A stretch of DNA of 64,000 bases from Blastocladiella emersonii ATCC 22665 (Eukaryota; Fungi; Blastocladiomycota), in NCBI GenBank assembly GCA_025594325.1, contig JANHCV010000003.1, forward strand, positions 1,674,001 through 1,738,000, written 5' to 3'. Made by a program: the position numbers and the translations under genes. Below the pieces are notes generated by a model. It had not been told where the DNA came from. It searched no databases and worked only from the letters and a program-made list of their open reading frames with translations. This document shows positions 1 to 9,550 of the stretch, piece after piece. How positions within the stretch are numbered: position 1 is the first letter of the stretch; each line of letters opens with the position of its first letter.

Positions 1-1555
1 TGCGCGTCGTCGGGTCGTAGCAGTTTTGCTTGACGAAGCCGCAGTCGACGACAAAGACGATGCCCGGAATCGTGATCGAGGTCTACATGATGAGAAGTAG
101 TCGGTCAGTCAGCTGTTGTGAGCGGAAACTCGTGCGGGGGAGTCGGGCGGACCTGCGCAATGTTCGTCGCAAAGACGATCTTGCGGTATCCCGGGCGCGC
201 GGGCCGGAACACGGCGCGCTGCTCGACGGTCTCGAGCGAGGCGTGGATGCCGAACACGTCCATGCCGATGATGCGGGGGTGGGTCTCGGACTCGCCGTCG
301 CGCTCGCCGCGCTGACGGTGGTGCACGACGTCGCGGTCGTACCGCAGCTGCTGGTCCAGGCGCTTCATCTCGTTGACGGCTCGGTCAATCTCCTGCGAGC
401 CGCACAGGAAGACGAGGATGTCGCCCGGCCGCTCGTGCTTGTGGATGTGCAGCGCCGTGTCGATGGCGCGGTCAACGTAGGTCGACTGCAGCGTGGCCAT
501 TTTGGTGTTGCGCGAGTAGAGGATCTCGACGGGGTACGGGCGGCCGGGGATCTGAAAGATGGGGCACTCGTGGAAGAAATCGGAGAACTTTTCGACATCT
601 ACCCGGTCGCATCGTGTCGTGTGAACAGACGAGGGGGTGCACGTCGGGGATGGGAGCGTACCGAGAGTCGCGCTCATGACGAGCAACTTGATGTCCTTGC
701 GCTTCTGGAGGCACTGTTTGAGCAGCCCGAGCAGAATGTCGGTGCCCACAGTTCGCTCGTGCGCCTCATCTAAAAGGTTGTGACAGGGAAGGTAAGAGCG
801 CCGAGTGGGAGGATAGGAGACCAGTTGGCGTACCGATAATGACGACCGAGTGGGCCGAGAGCGTGTCGTCGTCAATGATCTCGCGGAGGAGCACGCCGTC
901 GGTGACGTAGCGGATCTGGGTCGATGTCGAGACTGCCGACTCGAAGCGGATGGCGTAGCCCACGCGCTCGCCGACGTGGCCGCCCATCTCAGCGGCTACG
1001 CGCTTTGCGTTGGAGATGGCCGCGATGCGTCTGGACGATATCTTAGTGAGCGACGGCGTAGTAGAGTGGTTCGGGGAGCTCTAACGCACCGAGGCTGGGT
1101 GACGACGATGCGCGCATCCGGCTGGTCGTCGAGAATGTACTGCGGGATCTGCGTCGTCTTGCCCGACTACGTGCAGAGCGTCGCGGGAGTGAGCAAGAGA
1201 ACACCGAGAGTTGATGCGGCCGTCGAGCTCGTACACCAGTCTCGCCTAGAAGGAGAGCGAGGTGTCAGCTCTTGCACGGCTGAGCGGACGAGCTAGGTCG
1301 CTACTCACCGACGATAACGAGCAGGTTGTGCTCGCGAATTGCGTCCACGAGATCCTTGCGGAATCCCGCGATGGGGAGCTCGGAGCGGTCAGCGTCAACC
1401 GCTGCGACCGGGGAGGGCTCGCGGCGCGGCCGCTCGGCTGGGACGCGGTCGTCGCGACGAGCCCTCGGCCGGTCGCGCGAGCGGCTCCGAGAGCGACGAT
1501 CACGCTCGTTACGTTGCCGGTGGTCTCTTGACCGGCTCCGGTTTCTCTGCTTCAT
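1..1555 (-). CDS. DEAH-box RNA helicase (Prp22/DHX8/DHX40-like family), multi-exon, runs off the left edge
   Basis: RS-rich N-terminus, then LPIAGFRKDL, Walker A GETGSGKT (assembled over an 11-nt exon at 1235-1245), TQPRR, VGYAIRFE, YVTDGVLLRE, DEAHER, MSATL, GDILVFLCG, RKIVFATNIA. Confidence 0.92.
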
Positions 1556-3266
1556 AGTGGGTGGTGGTGAGGGAGGGCAACCGCGAGCGACTTTGCGCGG
1601 CTTGGCCTGCGCGCGTCTCCGAGTTGAGTAAGCTGATGCGAGTCAACGCTGAGGCGCGCGTCGGTGTTCGTCGCGGCGGTCCTCAGTCCTCCAACCATCC
1701 GCCTCCTCGAAGCCGGGACGGCTAATGCTCGGTCTCAAGTGATCAAACGAGTGCTGTACTATCGACGCCGCGTCGGGGTTGTTCGCGGAGGGGACTTGCT
1801 GTAAGGGAGGAAGCACCCGCACACACTCCTTGACCGACACTTCGAGCGCGGTCGCAGGAAAACTCAAGCCAGCCAGCCACCAAGGGAACTTCTTTCCACC
1901 CGGGTGAGACGACCCCCACCTCCTCGGCCGAGACCTTTCGGCGGTTCCGAGACCGTTGACGTGGCCGACGATTAGTGATGAGACACGCGCGGTCGCGAGG
2001 CACTCGCCTTCAGACTCCGCCGTCCCGAGGCCCACGACGGCGCGGGAACGTGTACTCTCAACTCAACTCGCACCCGCATCCATGAAGCCCAAGCAAACAA
2101 TCACCACATCAAGGGCCGCGACCAGCACAAGCTACAGCCGTCTCGACGACTTGCCTACAGCCATGCGAGTATGAGTGCGCGACCAGGCGCCGCCGTCGTC
2201 GCAACTCACCTACCATGACGAGGACCGCGCTTCGTTCCCGTCCAGCAGACCCGCTACGAGTCTTTACAGAACAGCTCTACCCTTACTTTCGACGGCCGCT
2301 GCCGAGTCTTTGAGTGCCGCAGACAGTGACTGCTCGGCCGGGTCCATTACACCCGGGTCGGTGGTCAGCACCTAGCTCGAGTCGCAAGATTGCCTTGCCA
2401 TCACCTTCGGCGGGCCGGTTCCGGTCTCCACGTTGCGGGCGGTCCATCAACCCACTCATTTCCCACATCTGTTCCATGGCACACGGCGGCTGGGAGCGGT
2501 GGACGAACGGGTTGAAGCTTGCTCGAGCCCCTGTCATCAGCCCCCCTGCTGTCATCGACTGTGGATGTGGCTGAGCCAGTCACGGGATGCGCCTCAGCCC
2601 TCGCTCCCGCCCGCCGGCTGCCCTGAGCGGGCTTTGGTCGCAGCCGGCCTCGCGCTCCGGCATTGACAAGTCCTCCTGTCGAATTCGCCGTTTCCTCTCG
2701 GTGTTCGTCCAAACCGCATCCACGAATCGCAATGCCGCCTAAGTTGGGAGGCGCTCGTCACGGTTAGCGCGCCCGCTGCTCCTCACTCAAGCAGCAGTAA
2801 GCTTCCATCGCATCCATCGCGTTGCCATTAGTCTTATCAACGACTCAAGTATCAGCGTTCCATGGCGGCGGTTCAGCTAAGCAGCTTTACGCGGATCGGG
2901 AGGGACGAAGTGGCGCCGAGCGCGCGAGTCGCTGTCAGCTGACGCAAGCGCGAGCTTCGCTTGAGTCGCTTGAGGCTGCGCGAGGGGCCCATCCCTTGGC
3001 TCACGATTCGACCTGAACGATATGGAAGTCTTTTACGCACGGTCACTCACGATGCTGACCCACCGCAAGAAGTAGCAAAGACGGGGCAACTTACATATAT
3101 GAATTCACATGCAAAATTCTCCCAACACTGCCTCGCCCCGCTCCACGACATGCACGCTAGTCCCCCGTCATCGCGAGCGCCCTTGACGCTGGTGGATGGC
3201 TAGGCATCTACTCGAGTCGTTGGCAGAACGGTTAGCTTCAATCACTGTGAGGGGAACGCGAGCAGA

Positions 3267-3730
3267 TCACGTACCAAGGACACTTGGAGAGAGCGCACAC
3301 ACAATCAGCGACCGGCCAGTGTTGTGCTTGGCTGCGTCCGTGCGCTTGGCTGGGCGCCGGATCATGATTGTCGCGCCCTCGACCGGCGGCGCCACGTTCC
3401 ACGCTTCGCCCATGAACGACGCGTTGGACACGACCTTGGTGAGGTAGGGCAACACGAAGCACGAGTGAGCGCCGAGGCTGTACGACGCCTCGTAGTTGTC
3501 GGTGCTTGCGGTCGCCTCATTGCTGGACCCATCGCCGCGCATGACTTCGTTGCGCGTACCGAGAATCATCCCAACGCTGGCGCGCACCGAGTACCCAGCA
3601 TGAATCGCAACGCGAAGCACGTCCTCGGCGCAGAAGAGTGACGAAGTGCTGATCATACCGCCAAGCTGGACCGTCGTCTCCAAATCAACTTGCTCGGGTT
3701 CAAAAGCAGCGTGCACCTCATGCTTTGCAG
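3267..3730 (-). pseudogene. C-terminal half of an intein-like (Hint + LAGLIDADG) ORF split by the Harbinger insertion
   Basis: ISTSSLFCAEDVLRVAIHAGYSV resembles intein endonuclease block E. FMGEAWNVAPPVEGATIMIRRP...RSLIVCA resembles Hint blocks F/G. Joins in frame to 6984-7313 once the element and one TAA are removed. Confidence 0.6.
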
Positions 3731-4003
3731 TAAGGGCCCGTTTGGTTCCGGGGTGAATCAGGTGGATCAATCGATTTTACACGGTCCGGTGTTCACCCAG
3801 CTGAAACGTGGCATTTTCACCCCGTCGTGTTCATCGCGGCGTTTGGTTCAACCCCCGGGTGAGCTGAATGGAACCCTCGTCGCTGAATCGCCCGTCTGCT
3901 CGCCCCCGAAACCTTCAGGCTGTGCTCCCCGGCCTATATAAACGCCGTTTTCCTCCAAAGTAACTCGCTCTCTCTCCCCCGTCCTCCCTCAAAGCCGAAA
4001 AGA

Positions 4004-5133
4004 ATGGCTCCCCCGTCAAGCAAAAAGCGCGCTGGCCGTACGGCCATGTCCATCGAGGAGATCGTCAAGAACGTGCCCGAAATCCCGCCGCCGCCCGCCG
4101 ATAGCGACGAGGATGCAGATGACGACGCTGCTGGGAGCGACGGCAACGCTGCTGTCACGCCGACCAACCCGCTGCCGCCCGTGACCATCGCCAAGCCAAG
4201 CAAGCGCAAGGCCAGTGGCAGCAAGGCCAGCAGCGGCAAGGCCAGCGGCGGCAAGGCCACCTTCTGCTCCGCGTCGACCAACTTCCTCCTCGACCACTTC
4301 TGCAGCCTCGCTGACGACGGCGTGCTCGGCGACAGCAACACGCTCAAGGCCCAGCACCGTGTGTCGATTGCCCAGGCCCTGTCGGACGAGTTCAACATGC
4401 AGTTTACGGCGGAGCAGGTCAAGAACCGCGTGACATACGTACGCTTTGTCTTGCGGACACGCGTCAACCGTAGCGCTAACAACGTCAGCGTTCGGCTCCA
4501 GCTTCGCACTTGTTTTCGCGCCGTAAAACGGCTTCTGTCGTACTCGGGCAACGGCTGCACCTGGAATGAGGGTGAGTGCACGGTCGACGTGCCAGAGGAG
4601 TTCTGGAACGATCTCTCGGTACGTTTGTTCAATATCGTTACGCGTCAACTCGCGGCGAGCTAACAGCGCCTGGCCTGCTTCAATTGTAGGCAGAGCTCAA
4701 GGAGGAGCTGACTGCGGGCTGCAAGCCCTTCCCGTACTACAAGAAGGCCAACATGCTGTGGGGCAGCTCGACCGCCACCGGCAAGTACTCGCACCTCGAG
4801 CAGGACGGCAAGGAGTCTGGTGACGTGGAAGGTGTTGATGGTCAAGACGACGCGGCCCCCGCCAGCAAGCGCAGCCGCACTTCGGACAGCAGCTCGCGTC
4901 GCCTCTCGGACTCGGAATTCCTCATGGGCATCAAGGAGGTGTTCCAGAGCGTCGCGACCGCCGACTCCAAGCCCGTTCTGACCGCCGCACTTGAATGGGT
5001 CCAGGACGCGTACAATGACAATGAAGAGTACCAGATCGACGTCGCCACCCGCCTGACCGAGGATCAAGCGCTTCGCGTCATGGCCGTGTCCGAATCGAAG
5101 CGCAAGCGCGTCCTCGAGTTTTTCATTCAGTAG
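4004..5133 (+). CDS. Harbinger ORF2, Myb/SANT-like DNA-binding protein; introns 4439-4501 and 4619-4689
   Basis: Spliced product reads FTAEQVKNRVTY|LRTCFRAVKRLLSYSGNGCTWNEGECTVDVPEEFWNDLS|AELKEELTAGCKPFPYYKKANMLWGSSTATG, the typical PIF ORF2 Myb/SANT pattern. Both introns have GTACG donors and AG acceptors. Confidence 0.85.
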
Positions 5134-5446
5134 CTCTCTCGCACATGTCCCCCTCCCCTCGCGTTGCTTCCTGGCCTTGTTCTCGCCCATTTGTGTCCAA
5201 TACATCTGGCTTTGTGTCCATCGTATCTTCAATCGTTACCCTTCGCTCGAAAATGACGCGACTCGTTGAGAAACGCGTGGTTCTCAAAGTGTCTCGCACG
5301 TCACGTGATTGATCGACGCGTCTCCACCGATGCGTTCTGACCTCAGCGACGCGTCAAATCATCTGGAATCGCTTATCTAACGTTATAGTACTTGACAAAT
5401 CAGTATATTACAGCATGCATGCGGGTACAACAATTATTTCGCGCCT

Positions 5447-6764
5447 TCAAAGACGGGTCCCACGAGCGGCCATGACGCGCCTGTACTCGGTCCAAAGAAC
5501 ATTTGCGACGCGGTTCCGAAGCGAGATACCGCGCTGACGAGCTCCGTCCAGCGAGGCCTCGAGGACAGCGGCCTCGTCGTCCTCCTCGTTCTCGTCGTCC
5601 AGGGGCTCGCGCCCACGTACTGGCGCCTCACGCGCCGCGTCCCGCGCGCGCCGGAGCTCCGTCTCGGCGTCGCGAAAGAAGGCGTCGCCGCCTTGGTTCC
5701 ACTTGTTGATCATGTTGTGCAGCGTGCAGAGCGCGTACACAAGCTTGACTTGAGTCTTGATTGGGTAGGCCGCGCCAATCGAGAGGACGCGGAACCGCTT
5801 CTTGAGCACGCCAAAGATATGCTCAATGGAGTTGCGGAGCGACGCGTGACGCAGATTGAAAAGCTCTTCGCGGTTCTTAACTCTACGTACGTTGGTGAAG
5901 CAGATGAGATGGCGCCAACGTGATGGTCATGGCAGTGAGAACGTACCCATCCTTGCCGCGGGCAAACTCGCGAAGATGATAGCGGGTGCCGCTGAAGGGC
6001 ACGATGATGGACGTGCGGTTTGCGTAGCCGCCGTCGGCGAGGTAGAAGCGGCCGGCGGGGATCTTGAACCCACGGGCGAAGGCGTCCGAGAGCACGCGCG
6101 AGTCGTGCGCCTTGCCCTCCCACCCTGCGAGAACGTAGGTGAAGTTCAAGTCAAAGTCGCAGGCAGCGAGGACATTTGAGGAGATGGTCCCCTTGCGGTT
6201 TCGGAACGAGTCGTGAAGCTTGGCGGGCACAACAAACGGGATGTGCGTTCCGTCAAGCGCGCCGACCGCGTTCTGGAACGGAGCGTATTTCGGGTCGTGG
6301 GCGATGCGCTCATGCACGGGCGTAGAATCGGACGGCTGGACAATGAACTCGGGCATCAGGCGGTACAGAGCGTCGAGCACCTGCTTCAGAACCCTGGACG
6401 CGGTCTCGCCAGAAATTTGGAACCGCTCCCTGAGGTTGCGGTTGGTGCTGCCCTCGCCGGCCATGACAAGAAAAACCATGAAGCGCGCCTCGACGGACAG
6501 CTCGCGGCCGTCGGTGAGAAGGCCACGGTCGCGGAACAGGCGGCAGATGGCCTTGAAGGTCTCGCGGGGCATACGGGCGATTTCCGAAAAACGCGTTTTG
6601 CTGTTGCACGTCAGCAGCTCTTGAACCCACGACTCGCCAGAAAGCGTGGACGTGCGGATAGGCTCCCACGAGCGGCGCTCGTTGCGCGCAGCGAGACGTC
6701 GCAGGAGAGCGAGGGCGGCCGTGAGCATGAGGCCGCGCAGCTTGCGGTTGTATCCCTTGCCCAT
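5447..6764 (-). CDS. Harbinger/PIF DDE transposase (DDE_Tnp_4-like), about 417 aa; intron 5883-5946
   Basis: GALDGTHIP, FRNRKG, NVLAACDFDLNFTYVLAGWEGKAHDSRVL, FYLADGGY, then after splicing KNREELFNLRHASLRNSIEHIFGVLKKRFRVL and LCTLHN. Frame is uninterrupted once the 64-nt intron is removed. Confidence 0.95.
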
Positions 6765-6983
6765 GTTGTTTGAGGGCTCGAGAACACGATGCGTGAGGTT
6801 AGGTGTTGATTCGTTGCAATAAGTGCGGCTGCAAAGAGGTGGGAAAGATTTTATTGCGGGGGGGGGAGGGGCGTTCATCCAGCGGGGCGTTTGGTTCGCA
6901 CGGCCGCTGAGATGAACGGGGGTGAGGTGAAACGTGGCAACTTTTTCAGCTGATCCACCTGATCTGAACCAAACGGACCCTAA

Positions 6984-8108
6984 GACGCGTGAGGCGTTCA
7001 TTCTGGCGGGCCTGGGTCCCATCGGCGTAGTGCAAGCCCGCAAGAAGGTAATCACACTGTACAGCGTCAAGCTCAGAGAAGGAGAAACCCAGCTGCCACT
7101 TCACCGACTTGACAAAGTTGGTAATTTCGGCCTTATAGGTGAACAGCGACGTGTCGGTGCCTGCGTCGGCAGCCACAGCAGGAAGTGGAAGGCCGTCGTC
7201 AATGATAGGCAATCTGGCATGTACCCGATGACGTGTGTCCTTGCCGTTCTCATTGCGACCATGAACATACTTGTGCACAAAGCCGTTGAGGAAAAAGCGG
7301 TTCCACGCCTCGTTCAGGATGGTGTAGCGACGAACCGGAGTCCCATGTGTAGCATCCGTCTGTACGAGGAAGCCAGGTTCGCCTGCATCACAAGTAATTG
7401 TCTTAGTGGCGCGTCAGGTAGCAAGACATGTGCAGGAACAAGCAGGGCCCGCGTTGCAAGCAGGTCTACACAATTGTTGTCGTTGCCCAAAAGACGCACA
7501 AAGCGTTGCGCGCCGCGGTGCCGCACAATGTTCCTGAGCCCGATGCGGTAATAGACAAGGCGGTTAGGGTGTGCAGGCGCGCCACATGCAATACCGATAT
7601 CGTGGTGCGTAATCAGGTACGTCACAAGCGCAATATAGTCCAGGAACCCGCGCGACGTGAGGATCTCGGTCCCGTCTGTAGGGAAGTCCGGGAACAAGCG
7701 CGCCAAGACTGTTGATTGCGTGACATCGGACTCCTCAAGCGGAACTTCACGCAGGGGCATCGCGTGTATAGTTGGGCCATTACCTGCAAGAGGAAGCGCT
7801 GCAACTTCTTCCGGCGAGATACGCTTCTTTCGTGCAGGGGCAGGTTGGATAATGACAGGCCGTGGGACAAGCGGGTGCACAGGAGCGATTTGAAGAGGGT
7901 CAAGTGGTGCCTGAGCGGGTGGCGGGATACGCGGTACAATTCGAGCATTTTGAGCGCGGCCAAGTTCGCTGTCCCGAGGTGGCACCACAGGTCGCAGTGA
8001 AGGAGAAGCGCCGAAATCTACATCCATGCGATCTGAGCGAGCGCCATGGAGAAGACCACGACCGCGAACGCAAAGTGGTGGTTCCAGGATACTGACATCA
8101 ACATCCAT
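6984..8108 (-). pseudogene. N-terminal half of the intein-like ORF (Hint-N and LAGLIDADG-like motif), frameshifted near 7314-7400
   Basis: DFPTDGTEILTSRGF (7644-7688) resembles intein block A, VDLLAT resembles block B, and LAGLHYADG (7018-7044) resembles the LAGLIDADG helix. Stop at 7314-7316 with continuation in the -1 frame. Confidence 0.6.
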
Positions 8109-8863
8109 GCGAGCAGGTTCGGTGGCGCGGCGAGTGCGAGGAGGTTGAGTCGTTACGGCGTGCAGCGGTGGAAGTGGAACAGTAGGGCTGATAGTTGAGT
8201 GGCGTGGGCTGATGGTGCGATCAAGCTCACGCGTGGGAGCGGGTGCTGGAACGCGAGGTTTGGCAACAATAGGCGGGGTAACTGGACGATCTCGAGCGTG
8301 TCAGGGAGCGCTGATGAGAGGAAACGCACGCGTATGTAGCGGTGCAATGGGAAGCGCTGGAAGCGGTGCAACGGGAAGCGCTGGAAGCGGGTCTGAAGGA
8401 CTGCTCGATTCTACGTGGCCAAGACCGTGGCCAAAAGGCTGCTGCTGCCGCTTGTGTTGCATTGGCGGAAGCGGTTCAGTAGCAAGATTATGAAGCCTGG
8501 TCAAGCTCCGGGTCATCCGCAGCGACGGCCGCAAAGGATCCGAATGCGGCGACGCTGGGGATGGCGGTGATAGTGGAGCTGGCAGCGGCCGCCCGCGCTT
8601 GCCTTTCCATTGGTTTTGCATAGACATGATTGTGAATTGTTACAGCAAGAGCAGGAGCGGTGATCATAAAAAAATGCCTTGATAAACCAAGGGTCACAGC
8701 CATGTGGGCGACTTTTGGCAACAAACTGGCGCACTGAGTGTTTCCGCGTTACAACAATACCTCCCACACTGCTGTCAGTCAGGGAGTGTCATTGTCTCAC
8801 AGTGGCTCCTGCCCGCTTCAATCGTTTGACGAACTGACTCAGCGAGTCAGCGCGAATCGATGT

Positions 8864-8891
8864 GAGACGCGAGACGCGAGACGCGAGACGC
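8864..8891 (+). repeat. (GAGACGC)x4 tandem repeat
   Basis: Directly visible in the sequence. Confidence 0.9.
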
Positions 8892-9550
8892 GACGCGCCG
8901 CCGACGCCACCTCACATGACCGATCAGTTGAACTTTGGCAGCTCATGTGTGGCGGCACCTGAGCACGCTCACCCCGCCACTGTCACGTTCCGTTCTGTAG
9001 TTGTGGATTGTCGCCATGCACTTGCATGAGCCATGTAATAAATAATGAAGTTGGACTCGGTGCAACAGGGCTTGCGGCTAACCGCACCGTCCAAGTGCGA
9101 GCGGCTCACGCTGCGCGTGCTGCGGGAGCAGCAACGTCAACGGTCGCTGCGTGCGGCACCTGGTCCAAGGGTTGTCTGTGCCGCGACCCCGCGGCACTTC
9201 GCGCAACTTGGTCAATTTGGTGTGTTTGTACATAGCAGGGAAGACGGTGGGAGGGTGGGCGGGGCGGGGGCCGTCACCAGTTCATTCACTCGAGCTTTAA
9301 TTTATCAATCGTGCATCGTAGCTTGCGAGTTGGCTTGCGAGTCGGCTTGCGAGAAGTGCAGGAATCGGCGGCGCCGAGGCGAGGGTAGTGGCGGAGCACC
9401 GTGGCCGGCCCTCGCGACTCACCGATCAGTCGCTGAGTCGCGAGGGACACCGGCCGACCGACCCGTGCCGCGCCGTGCGCTCCCCTCCGCCTTCCCTCAC
9501 AATTATCCCGCTAGAGACGAAATCGCGGAGAATAAAAGAGCATAAACGGT

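Larger units (their letters stand above)
3734..6980. mobile_element. Autonomous PIF/Harbinger DNA transposon (3247 bp)
   Basis: 15-bp TIRs GGGCCCGTTTGGTTC (3734-3748) and its near-complement GAACCAAACGGACCC (6966-6980), 1 mismatch. TAA target duplication at 3731-3733 and 6981-6983. Convergent Myb/SANT and DDE transposase genes inside. Confidence 0.96.

Noticed and set aside
2728-2742. Exact 15-mer CGCAATGCCGCCTAA shared with the RPL12 start (14166-14180)
   Set aside because: Homology does not extend into coding sequence (MPPKLGG, then stop). A few 15-mer matches are expected by chance in 64 kb, and MPPK is a common N-terminus.
1643-3200. Short ORFs left of the intein-like gene
   Set aside because: No coherent frame, splice pattern or family motif; probably decayed sequence.
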